This document shows positions 1 to 8,733 of a stretch of 64,000 bases of DNA, in pieces. The notes under the pieces were generated by a model that did not search any database, was not told the DNA's origin, and saw only the letters and a program-made list of their open reading frames with translations. Both the position numbers and the translations under genes were made by a program. Position 1 is the first letter of the stretch; the number at the start of each line of letters is the position of its first letter. Origin of the DNA: an uncultured Collinsella sp. (lineage in GTDB: Bacteria > Actinomycetota > Coriobacteriia > Coriobacteriales > Coriobacteriaceae). Where the stretch lies: the NCBI GenBank assembly GCA_905210085.1, contig CAJLVJ010000001.1:95689-159688 (forward strand), written 5' to 3'.

Positions 1-1389
1 CTCCTGTCCTTCAAATCCAAAAATCATCGCCAACGCAAACGTCACGGCACCGCCAGCAAGACACCCGATGGTGCCAGGGATGATATCCTGAGCAAACATG
101 AGCACGTTCATCCATGGGAAACCAACGCCAGTGAAGATATAGACGTTGGCATGAAGAAGGCTTACCAGCAGACCACCGACAGCACCACCAATCATGTTCC
201 AGGCAAGAGCCTTCTTGTCGCGAAACAGGATGCCGTAGATGATGGGCTCACTCACGCGACCGAAGGCATAGGTGATGAACAAGTTCCAGCCCGTGGCTCG
301 ACTCTCCTTGCCCTTAGCGCGCAGGCCATAGGCGAGCGCGATGGCAAGCGTGGTGTAGGCTACAACCGCGGTGCCGGGGTATAAGATGGCGTCGTAACCG
401 TTCTGGAGCGCGGCGGGCAATATGGCGGTATAGATCGGCACGTGCATGCCGGTGGCGATGATCAGATTCCAGAATGCGCCGATAACCGCGGTCGCAGCGG
501 GACCGGCAACAGAGGCGAGCCAAATGATGAAATCGGCCACAAGGCCCATGACAAATTGGACGGCAGGGCCGCAGAGGCACAGCGCGACCGGCAACATCAC
601 GAGCACCGTACCCACGGGTACGATCAGAATGCGCAACATATCAGGCGAGATCTTCTTAAAGAAGCGCTCAACATAGGACTGGGCCCAGGTGATCAAGATG
701 ACCGGAAGAACAGCCTGGGTGTAGTTGACGAGCTGCATGGGGATGCCGAAGACGCTGAAAGGCTTTCCGTCCTCAACAATAGCGAGCATGTCGGGATAAA
801 TCATCACAACAGCGATGAGCAGTGCCAGCACAGGACTCGTTTTGAACTTCTTAGCCGAGCTATAGGCGGCAAACACCGGGAAGTAGTAATACGCCGCATC
901 GCCCACCAGGGAAAGGATCCGATACAGGTCGCTCGTTTCGGACATAAAACCGGCGCCTTCGGGCCCAAACAGAATAACGAGCATCTTGAAGATACCGGCG
1001 ACACAAAAGATCGGAAGGATCGGGGTGATAGCGCCGCTCACGGCATCGAGCAGCTGATTGAAGAGGTGCTTGGGCGCCAAGCGCTCCTTCCAGCTAAGCT
1101 GAGGGCCATCGAGTTCCTCGTCAATCGATACCGTGACCTCGAATCCGCCCTGCTTACAAACCTCGTCGTAGACCTTGTCGACCGTGGGCCCGACCACCAG
1201 CTGCACCTGCCCTCCGGCGTGCACGACGCTGATGATAGACGAGATGTCCTCAAGCTTCTCATCATTCGAGAGGCTTTCATCCTTGAGGTTGAAGCGCAGG
1301 CGCGTCATGCAATGCGTAACCGAAGCCACGTTTTCCGCCCCGCCCACAGTGGAGAGAATCTGCTCTGCCACCTTTTTGTAATTTGCCAT
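1..1389 (-). CDS. PTS beta-glucoside-family transporter, EIIB-EIIC; the 3' end runs off the window
   Basis: Absent from the ORF track because it has no stop codon in the window. My translation of the minus strand from the ATG at 1389-1387 gives MANYKKVAEQILSTVGGAENVASVTHCMTRLRFNLKD (EIIB-Glc-type Cys motif), followed by a long hydrophobic EIIC-like body. It lies directly downstream of a LicT-type antiterminator. Confidence 0.8.
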   Translation of the reverse strand, partial: MANYKKVAEQILSTVGGAENVASVTHCMTRLRFNLKDESLSNDEKLEDISSIISVVHAGGQVQLVVGPTVDKVYDEVCKQGGFEVTVSIDEELDGPQLSWKERLAPKHLFNQLLDAVSGAITPILPIFCVAGIFKMLVILFGPEGAGFMSETSDLYRILSLVGDAAYYYFPVFAAYSSAKKFKTSPVLALLIAVVMIYPDMLAIVEDGKPFSVFGIPMQLVNYTQAVLPVILITWAQSYVERFFKKISPDMLRILIVPVGTVLVMLPVALCLCGPAVQFVMGLVADFIIWLASVAGPAATAVIGAFWNLIIATGMHVPIYTAILPAALQNGYDAILYPGTAVVAYTTLAIALAYGLRAKGKESRATGWNLFITYAFGRVSEPIIYGILFRDKKALAWNMIGGAVGGLLVSLLHANVYIFTGVGFPWMNVLMFAQDIIPGTIGCLAGGAVTFALAMIFGFEGQE

Positions 1390-1459
1390 CATTGGCTCCT
1401 TTGCACAATCTTGGCTTACTGTTCGAATCGGCAAAGGTCATGCCCCGAATGGCTACGGG

Positions 1460-2299
1460 TTACAATCCTTTTTTGGAGATGATCCGGTTGAGATGGATCA
1501 TCAGATAGAGTTCCTCCTCCTCGGAGAGCGTGGCGTCCCACGTTTCACGACAATAGGAACCGATATGCTTCACGCACTCTGCCAACTGCGGAAACTCCTC
1601 ACGAAAGTTCTTGTACATCTGCATGTTGGCGCTGTTCAGCGACTCGCCGGCTTGAATGCGCTTGAACAGGTACCGCAGATGCGTGGCGAAGCGGGTGAAA
1701 TCAAAGGAATCGCGGTCGACAATAATGCGGAAATCGCTTTCGAGAATCTCGATAACGTCCTCGAGCATATCGTCGAACTGCTTTGCGGGCTCGGCCGTGG
1801 CTTTGACGGCTTCAACAACCCGTGCGTTCACGAGATTCATCGCAATACTGGCAATCTCATCCTTGGGAAGCCGCTCTCCGAGCTCCTTCTCGAGTCGCAT
1901 GACGATAAACTGGGCAGCCTTGTATTCCTTCGGATACGTCTCCCGCACTTCATAGGCAAGAGGCATCGCGATGCGGACCCCCTTTTGGGCTCGCGCAACG
2001 GCAAACGACAGGTGATCAGCCATGAACAGCGTCGCATTGGTCGAGAGGTCGTAGGGCAGTTCGTTGGCAACGATGTCCATAACTTTCGCCGCAAACATCA
2101 CGATATCCGAGGGAAGATCCCTCATGACATCTTGTCCTTTAGGATCAATGTCGTAAAACGTATGCTCGATTTTAGAAAGAGGGAGCTCTCGAGGAAAATC
2201 TCCACCGAAACCGACGCCCCTGCCCATGGCGATGACATCTCGCCCCTGTCCGTCACGGCAAAGAACCGCGTTGTTGTTAAGCTTTTTAATTGCAAGCAT
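1460..2299 (-). CDS. licT: BglG/LicT-family PRD-domain transcription antiterminator
   Basis: MLAIKKLNNNAVLCRDGQGRDVIAMGRGVGFG is the typical CAT RNA-binding N-terminus, followed by PRD-like regions. The start is set at the internal ATG 2299-2297, which is preceded by GGAGGT. The 23 upstream residues of the track ORF are discarded. Confidence 0.85.
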   Translation of the reverse strand: MLAIKKLNNNAVLCRDGQGRDVIAMGRGVGFGGDFPRELPLSKIEHTFYDIDPKGQDVMRDLPSDIVMFAAKVMDIVANELPYDLSTNATLFMADHLSFAVARAQKGVRIAMPLAYEVRETYPKEYKAAQFIVMRLEKELGERLPKDEIASIAMNLVNARVVEAVKATAEPAKQFDDMLEDVIEILESDFRIIVDRDSFDFTRFATHLRYLFKRIQAGESLNSANMQMYKNFREEFPQLAECVKHIGSYCRETWDATLSEEEELYLMIHLNRIISKKGL

Positions 2300-2326
2300 G
2301 GTGAACCTCCTTTCAAGAACACTCAC

Positions 2327-2385
2327 AGAAAAAGGCATGATAGCCAATAGCAGTGCTATTGCGGTCATGCCTTACGTAACAATCC
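2327..2385 (-). promoter_or_regulatory. RAT-like antiterminator target overlapping an intrinsic terminator in the bgl leader
   Basis: The minus strand reads GGATTGTTACGTAAGGCATGACCGC (compare the RAT consensus GGATTGTTAC...GGCAAAACC). Its 3' half forms the left arm of the hairpin AGGCATGACCGCAATAGCA/TGCTATTGGCTATCATGCCT, which is followed by TTTTTCT. Confidence 0.55.
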
Positions 2386-2548
2386 GTGTTGTATTGCTCT
2401 TGGGCATGCCTCCACACAGGAGTAACAATCCAAGATGTAGAATGCATTATAGCGCTCTCCCCGCCCCGGGGACCATCGGGCTGGCGAACGGTAGATGTCG
2501 GCCCGCCAGCGGCCACATCGAGCAGATGGGCGTGCTTCGATCCCGAGC

Positions 2549-3523
2549 CTAGCCTAGGATGCGGGCCATGCGCGCCTTGAACTCGGACAGAAAGCGCGGG
2601 GCGTCCACGGTGAGTGCCACAAGCGCGCTCTTGTCGGGGTCGGACAGGCGATGCTCGTCGCAGATAGTGCGGCCGCGATACTCGCCGAGCAGGTCGACGC
2701 GCAAGTTGCAACCAAGTGCGCCCACGAGCGTGGGATCAATCGCCACGGCAACGGCAAGCGGATCGTGCAGCGCGCAGCCGCCCAGGTAAGGGGCGTTCAT
2801 CTCGTACGAGCCAATGTAGTGCTCGACCATACTCGCAAATGCGCAGCCCGCCATGGTGCCCGAGCCCGTCCAACCGGCAATGTCGCGGCGCGTCAGCACC
2901 ACGCGATGCGTCACGTCAAGACCAACCATGGTGAGTTTGCGGCCCGAGCGCAGCACGGCGTCAGCGGCCTCGGGGTCGCTCGCCATGTTGGCCTCGGCAC
3001 CCGCACTCACGTTACCGGGCACGGTCAGGGCACCGCCCATCACCACCACGCGACCGATAGACATCATCGCCGCCGCATCGCGCTCCAGGGCAAGCGCCAA
3101 GTTGGAAAGCGGACCGGTTGCCACGTAGACCAGGTCGGGGCCATAGGTGCGCGCGGCATCGATCAGGTAATCGACCGCCGCGTTGCCTTCGGCCGTCGTC
3201 GCGCCCACCGGCTCGTACGGCGAGGCGGGCACGCTTGCGCCACCAATGCCATTCTTGCCGTGGATGAGCGTGGTGGACGCCGGCGGCGTATAGGGCTCGG
3301 TCGCCTTTATGGGACGATCGGCGCCCAGGTACACCGGCACCTCGGGGCGACCCAACAGGTCGAGCACCGCCAGGCAGTTATGCGCCGACTGGTCGACGCG
3401 CACGTTGCCAAAGCACGTGGTAATACCGACGAGCTCCACCTCGGGGCTCGCGATGGCATAGGCGAGCGCCATCGCGTCGTCCACACCCATATCCAGATCA
3501 AGGATCAGCTTCTTGATTGCCAT
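2549..3523 (-). CDS. Inosine/uridine-preferring nucleoside hydrolase family protein
   Basis: The N-terminal sequence DLDMGVDDAMAL matches the DxDxxxDD signature of IU-nucleoside hydrolases. The ORF is full length at 324 aa. Confidence 0.85.
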   Translation of the reverse strand: MAIKKLILDLDMGVDDAMALAYAIASPEVELVGITTCFGNVRVDQSAHNCLAVLDLLGRPEVPVYLGADRPIKATEPYTPPASTTLIHGKNGIGGASVPASPYEPVGATTAEGNAAVDYLIDAARTYGPDLVYVATGPLSNLALALERDAAAMMSIGRVVVMGGALTVPGNVSAGAEANMASDPEAADAVLRSGRKLTMVGLDVTHRVVLTRRDIAGWTGSGTMAGCAFASMVEHYIGSYEMNAPYLGGCALHDPLAVAVAIDPTLVGALGCNLRVDLLGEYRGRTICDEHRLSDPDKSALVALTVDAPRFLSEFKARMARILG

Positions 3524-3527
3524 TGTT

Positions 3528-4523
3528 CTACTCCGCTTCTCCGTCTATTACTAAATCGTCTAAACCAAACACGCGCTCAACTTCGGCGCGCGTGGGAATC
3601 GACTGTTGCGCGCCCAAACGCGACACCGTTACCGCCGAGGCACGAGCACCTGCGGCCATGCACCCAAAGAGCGGAAGGCCCTCCAGGCGGGCAGCCGCAA
3701 GCGCGCCGATAAACGTATCGCCCGCGGCTGTCGTATCGACCACCTCGTTCGAAAGCGCCGGCATGCGCAACAGCTCGCCGCTATCGCCAAGCGTAACCGA
3801 CCCGGCTCCGCCTAACGTAATGACCGCGGCTCCGACACCCTTGGCGAGCAGGGCATTGAGCGCCGCGACGCAGCTCGCATCATCCGCGGGCAAGATGCCC
3901 GTCAGCACCTGGCACTCAGTCTCGTTGGGACAAACCAGGTCGACCGCAGGCCAGGCCTCCGCAGGCAACTCGCAGGCAGGCGCCGGATTAAAGACCGTAT
4001 AGAACCCGAGCTCGTGAGCGCAAACAAGCGCCTCGGCCGTCGCCGCAAGGTCACATTCGCCCTGGGCGATAAAGACGCTTCCGGCAGCCGGGGCAATATC
4101 GCTGGCGTCGCCGTCGAGCTCATCGGCCACCAGACAACGCAGGGCGCAGGCCACATCCTCGCCCGCAAGCGCGTGGTTGGCGCCCGGCGACAGCACGATG
4201 CGGTTGTCGCTCTCGCAGCGAATGATAGTCGCGGTACCGGTCTCCACGTCATCGCGACGCGCCACAAACTCAACGCCCACGCCGGCATCCTGAAGCCCCG
4301 CCACGAGCGCATCGCCAAACGCATCGCACCCGACCGCGCCAATCATGCACGTGCGCGCGCCCATGCGCGCAGCTGCCACGACCTGGTTGGCACCCTTACC
4401 ACCGGCGTTGGTGATAAAACCGCTGCCGCCGACGGTCTCGCCCGCGCGCGGCATGCGCTCGCACGCCACCGAAAGGTCCATGTTCATGCTGCCGAACACC
4501 GCAACAATGCCGTTGTCTGCCAT
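3528..4523 (-). CDS. rbsK: Ribokinase (PfkB family)
   Basis: Both PfkB signatures are present: GGKGANQ and DTTAAGDTF. The start is set at MADNGIVAVFGS (ATG 4523-4521), preceded by GGAGGTTTCC. Confidence 0.85.
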   Translation of the reverse strand: MADNGIVAVFGSMNMDLSVACERMPRAGETVGGSGFITNAGGKGANQVVAAARMGARTCMIGAVGCDAFGDALVAGLQDAGVGVEFVARRDDVETGTATIIRCESDNRIVLSPGANHALAGEDVACALRCLVADELDGDASDIAPAAGSVFIAQGECDLAATAEALVCAHELGFYTVFNPAPACELPAEAWPAVDLVCPNETECQVLTGILPADDASCVAALNALLAKGVGAAVITLGGAGSVTLGDSGELLRMPALSNEVVDTTAAGDTFIGALAAARLEGLPLFGCMAAGARASAVTVSRLGAQQSIPTRAEVERVFGLDDLVIDGEAE

Positions 4524-4709
4524 GGAAACCTCCTCGTCTGCGGGCCTTGCACCCACCGTCGATCGTCGATTGCGCGCCTTCGCACCTCTATAACTTTAGT
4601 TCACTTTGATGTGAACGCGCCCTTGAGGTTGCGCCAGCAGCAAGCATTCACAGGAGCAGGCAGCTACAATGAATATGTGCTGATTATTCTCGTCATTGGA
4701 TGATGTTTT

Positions 4710-6926
4710 ATGGAACAATTCCCACAATCGAGCCCGCGCGGCCCGCGCCGCGCGCCCGATAACCAGGCACCGCACGAACGCCCGCGCGCCGACCGTCGCA
4801 CCGGCGAGTCGCGCCACGCCGCAGGCTCCCATCGCGCGCCCGCCAATAAGGGCACCCGCACCAACAGCGCCGCAAAAGAACAGGCACCCGCTCGCCCCAA
4901 GTCCCGCTACATTCCTGCGCTCGACGGTCTGCGTACGCTCGCCGTCGTCGCGGTGGTGCTCTATCACCTCAACCTCACGTGGGCTCAGGGCGGCCTGCTC
5001 GGCGTCACGATCTTCTTTGTGCTTTCGGGCTATCTGATCACGCGCCTGCTGCTCAACGAAGTCGCTAAGACCGGCCGCATCGATCTTAAGAGCTTCTGGA
5101 TTCGCCGCATCCGTCGCCTGGTCCCCGCCGTGGTAACGGTAGTGTTCGTGACCTGCGCGCTGTGCACCATCTTTAACCACGTGATGCTCACCAAGATGCG
5201 CCCCGACATCCTGCCGTCGCTGCTGTTCTTCAACAACTGGTGGCAGATTGCCCAAAACGTCTCGTACTTCAATGCTCTGGGCGACCCCTCGCCGCTCACG
5301 CACTTTTGGTCACTTGCCATCGAGGAACAGTTCTACCTGATTTGGCCGCCACTGCTGTTTGCCATGGTATCCATGCATGTGAGCAAGCCCAACACGCGCC
5401 GCGTGGTTCTGGGCCTTGCCGCGGTATCTGCCCTCGCCATGATGGTGCTTTACAACCCTGCCGCCGACCCCAGCCGCGTGTACTACGGCACCGACACCCG
5501 CGTGTTCTCGCTGCTACTGGGTGCCTGGATGGCCTTTATCCCCGATCGCGACCTGGCGCCGGTGCGTCTCGCTCATCGTTTGGGGCTCAATCGCCTGGCT
5601 GGCGCCGCCAAGCACGGCAAGAACGCCGTGGGCAAACCTGGCGAGAAGGCCGACGAATCAGCCGAGACTGCCCCGGCACAGCCGAGCGCCCTCGTGCGCT
5701 TTTGGTCCTCGCCCGCATCCATCGATGTGTTGGGCGTCGTGGGCCTGGTTGGCCTTGCCGCCATGGTCGCGCTCACCAACGGCTACACCGCGTTCCAGTA
5801 TCGCGGCGGCACGCTGTTATGCTCCATCCTCACGCTCATGGTCATCGCGGCCTGTGTGCAGCCCCAGGGAATGGTTGCCCGCGCGCTGTCCGCCGAGCCG
5901 CTCGTGTGGGTTGGCAAGCGCTCGTACAGCATCTACCTGTGGCACTATCCGCTGCTGCTGCTCATGAACCCGGTCGCCAACATCAACGATACGCCCTGGT
6001 GGCAGTACATTTTGCAGGTGCTGCTGGTGGTCGCCGTAGCCGAGTGCTCCTATCGCTTTATCGAAACGCCGTTTAGGAAGGGCGCCTTCGGCCGCACCGT
6101 CGCCGAATTCCGCGATGGCACCACCACGCCCGCCAACTGGGTGCGCGCGCACGTCCCTGTCTGCGCAGCCTGCGCCGTCGTGTTAGTCGTTGCGCTGGGC
6201 GGCCTGATCTTTGTGCCCGAGACGTCTGCGCTGAGCGGCGAGGGCGCCGAAGTTCTGAACAAGGAAGCCAAAAACACCGCGCCCACCGACCAGCAGGCGG
6301 CCGACGACACCGACAGGGACAACGACGGCTTCCCCGATGGCTCCTACGACCTGTTGATGATCGGTGACTCCGTGTCGCTGCGCGCCGTTGATTCCTTTGA
6401 CGGCGTGTTCCCGCACAGCCATATCGATGCCGAAAAGGGCCGCCAGTTTGATGCGGGCCGCGCGACATTTGAGGGCTATATCCAGCAGAACCTTGCCGGC
6501 AAGATCGTGGTCTTTGCCCTGGGCACCAACGGTTTGGTAACGGACGCCCAGGTCGACGCAATCATGGCCGACGCCGGCGAGCAGCGTATTGTCGTGTTTG
6601 TAAACACGCGTAGCCCGCAGCCGTGGGTCGGGTCCACGAACCAGGCCATCGCCAACGCCGCAACGCGCTACAAGAATGTACGCGTTATCGACTGGTACGG
6701 GTACAGCGCCAACCGCAACGACCTGTTTGACGGCGACGGCACGCACCTGTCGGCCACCGGCGTGGCCGAGTACCTCAATCTCATCCACGATGCGGTCAAG
6801 AAGGACCTGCCCGTGCACCCCGAGGACCACGTCAACGATCCGCAGCCGGCAGCCGTCAAGTCCGCCGCCGATGCGCTCGTCAGTGCCCTCGCCTACAAGC
6901 CACACAAGCTGGGCACCGACAAGTAA
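4710..6926 (+). CDS. Acyltransferase-3 membrane domain fused to an SGNH-like C-terminal domain (OatA/OafA-like O-acetyltransferase)
   Basis: YIPALDGLRTLAVVAVVLYHL opens an acyltransferase-3 domain with about 10 TM segments. The C-terminal MIGDSVSL segment is an SGNH block I-like motif. The exact start is uncertain because the N-terminus is Arg/Pro-rich. Confidence 0.8.
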   Translation: MEQFPQSSPRGPRRAPDNQAPHERPRADRRTGESRHAAGSHRAPANKGTRTNSAAKEQAPARPKSRYIPALDGLRTLAVVAVVLYHLNLTWAQGGLLGVTIFFVLSGYLITRLLLNEVAKTGRIDLKSFWIRRIRRLVPAVVTVVFVTCALCTIFNHVMLTKMRPDILPSLLFFNNWWQIAQNVSYFNALGDPSPLTHFWSLAIEEQFYLIWPPLLFAMVSMHVSKPNTRRVVLGLAAVSALAMMVLYNPAADPSRVYYGTDTRVFSLLLGAWMAFIPDRDLAPVRLAHRLGLNRLAGAAKHGKNAVGKPGEKADESAETAPAQPSALVRFWSSPASIDVLGVVGLVGLAAMVALTNGYTAFQYRGGTLLCSILTLMVIAACVQPQGMVARALSAEPLVWVGKRSYSIYLWHYPLLLLMNPVANINDTPWWQYILQVLLVVAVAECSYRFIETPFRKGAFGRTVAEFRDGTTTPANWVRAHVPVCAACAVVLVVALGGLIFVPETSALSGEGAEVLNKEAKNTAPTDQQAADDTDRDNDGFPDGSYDLLMIGDSVSLRAVDSFDGVFPHSHIDAEKGRQFDAGRATFEGYIQQNLAGKIVVFALGTNGLVTDAQVDAIMADAGEQRIVVFVNTRSPQPWVGSTNQAIANAATRYKNVRVIDWYGYSANRNDLFDGDGTHLSATGVAEYLNLIHDAVKKDLPVHPEDHVNDPQPAAVKSAADALVSALAYKPHKLGTDK

Positions 6927-6951
6927 CGCACAGCCAAATCTGCTTACATCC

Positions 6952-6985
6952 GCAGGGGGCGTCGGCCACGGCCGACGCCCCCTGC
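6952..6985 (+). terminator. GC-rich hairpin downstream of the acyltransferase gene
   Basis: GCAGGGGGCGTCGGCC-ACG-GCCGACGCCCCCTGC forms a perfect stem of about 15 bp, 26 nt after the stop codon. There is no clear T tract. Confidence 0.45.
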
Positions 6986-7034
6986 GGCAGTTAGGGACAC
7001 TCCTTTTGCACCGGCACCTAGGGATACTCCTGGC
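6985..7034. repeat. Family-1 (GGGAC-core) mosaic repeat, locus A
   Basis: CGGCAGTTAGGGACACTCCTTTTGCACCGGCACCTAGGGATACTCC contains two CGGCA..TAGGGA modules like those at 19500-19545, 23160-23215 and 60980-61025. Confidence 0.5.
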
Positions 7035-7150
7035 GCAGCCAATGAAGACTTCTACGGATGAATTCCAAGCCGCTCCGGGCATCGTTTCCGCGCCTCGCGC
7101 CTGCTCCAAACAATCAAAACAAGCCCTTTTCGCCGCAACCCCAAAGGTCT

Positions 7151-7380
7151 GTGGGCAAAAAAGGCCAAATATGAGTACTGTTACCATTTTAGTAGCAGGT
7201 AAATCACCCAAAATGACATCCGGGCGACCCCTACAGCCCCCTAAAGCAGCCAACCTGACTGCTTTAGGGCGTATTGGGGGCCAATTTTAATGGACATACT
7301 ATAGGTTATGTTCATTATCTTCTTGGATGTAAATGCTATTCACTTAGCAACAGTACTCATATTTGGCATTTTTTGCCCAC
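7151..7380. repeat. 230-bp element with 32-bp terminal inverted repeats and an AT-rich interior
   Basis: GTGGGCAAAAAAGGCCAAATATGAGTACTGTT at 7151-7182 matches the reverse complement of 7349-7380 with one mismatch. The interior contains the sub-hairpin CCCTAAAGCAG...CTGCTTTAGGG. The element lies between convergent genes. Confidence 0.6.
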
Positions 7381-7462
7381 TGCCATATAACTAGCACCCT
7401 ATAGCAGACAAAAAACAGGCCGCAACCCATCGCTGCAGCCTGTTCGGAGGCAAAAGTGGGCG

Positions 7463-8716
7463 CTAAGCGCTGTAGCCCATTGCCTGTAGGACAAACATGA
7501 CGACCGTCAACACCGTAATCACGCCGATAGTCGCCCACGTGAGCACGTTCCATACGCGGCCGTTGCGGTTGGCGCCCATAATGTGGCGATCCGCCGCGAT
7601 AACCACCTGGAATACCAAGACTACGGGCAGCAGCACGCCGTTGATGACCTGCGAGGTCATCATAATCTGGAACAAATCGACGCCGGGCATGAGCACCAAC
7701 ACGGCAGAAATGCCGATGATGGCCGTAATGATGCCGCGGTAAACCGGGGCCTCGTCCCAGCTGCGATCGGCACCGCGCTCCCAGCCAAATGCCTCGCAGA
7801 TAGCGCTGGACGTAACGCCTGGCAGCACGCAGGCGGCCAAGAAGCTCGCCGCGACCAGGCCCGAGGCAAACAGCACCGTGGACCACTGGCCCGCGATGGG
7901 CTCCAATGCGCGGGCGGCGTCGGCAGCATCGCTGATCTGAATGCCCGCGGGGAACAGTACCGTACCGGTCGTTATGATAATAAAGCCGGCAATGACATCG
8001 GCGGCGATCGAGCCGCTCACGGTATCAATGCGCTGCAGCACGATATCGTCCTCACCCGCATTCTTATCGACCACGTTGTTCTGCGCCAAGAAGATCATCC
8101 ACGGCGCGATGGTGGTGCCGATCGTTGCGACCACAAGCGACACGTAGCTGGGGTCGTTTTGGATGTTGGGCACAACCAGGTCGACCGCCACCTCGCCCCA
8201 GCTGGGACCAGCCATAAATGCAGCGACGATGTAGGTCACAAACACGCAGCTCACCAGCAGCAGAATCTTCTCGATGCGCTGGAAGCTGCCCGACATGGTA
8301 AGCATCCAAACCAGCAGCGCCACGAGCGGCACCGAGATGCTCGCCGGCACGCCAAAGAGGGCAAGACCGCTCGCGATACCCGCAAACTCCGAAATGGTCA
8401 CGGCCGTGTTGGCGATCAGCAGCGCCGCCATGGCCAGCACGCTCCTGCGCACGCCAAAGCGCTCGCGGATGAGCGACGCCAAGCCCTTGCCCGTCACGCA
8501 GCCGCAGCGCGCCGCAGTCTCCTGCGTCACGATGAGCAGCACGGTCATGACGGGAAGCATCCACAGCATCTTGTAGCCATAGCTGGCACCGGCACTGGAA
8601 TACGTGGCGATGCCGCCGGCGTCATTGCCCGAAAGCGCCGCCAGAAGGCCAGGGCCCATGGCGCCAAAGATGGCCGCGATGGTCAGCTTTTGCTTGGTGC
8701 TCGCCTTTTGCTTCAT
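7463..8716 (-). CDS. NRAMP/SLC11-family transporter with NRMT-type (Mg2+) binding-site substitutions
   Basis: GPGLLAALSGNDAGGIATYSSAGASYGYKMLW aligns to MntH TM1 with DAGG in place of DPGN. IGTTIAPW aligns to TM6 in place of GATVMPH. The start is set at MKQKAS (ATG 8716-8714). Confidence 0.8.
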   Translation of the reverse strand: MKQKASTKQKLTIAAIFGAMGPGLLAALSGNDAGGIATYSSAGASYGYKMLWMLPVMTVLLIVTQETAARCGCVTGKGLASLIRERFGVRRSVLAMAALLIANTAVTISEFAGIASGLALFGVPASISVPLVALLVWMLTMSGSFQRIEKILLLVSCVFVTYIVAAFMAGPSWGEVAVDLVVPNIQNDPSYVSLVVATIGTTIAPWMIFLAQNNVVDKNAGEDDIVLQRIDTVSGSIAADVIAGFIIITTGTVLFPAGIQISDAADAARALEPIAGQWSTVLFASGLVAASFLAACVLPGVTSSAICEAFGWERGADRSWDEAPVYRGIITAIIGISAVLVLMPGVDLFQIMMTSQVINGVLLPVVLVFQVVIAADRHIMGANRNGRVWNVLTWATIGVITVLTVVMFVLQAMGYSA

Positions 8717-8733
8717 GTTTTGCACGCGACCAC

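Noticed and set aside
7344-7886. The 180-aa ORF spanning the right arm of the 230-bp element and the 3' end of the NRAMP-like gene.
   Set aside because: It overlaps the NRAMP-like gene in an alternative reading frame on the same strand. Its composition is Arg/Gly-rich and it has no motif support.
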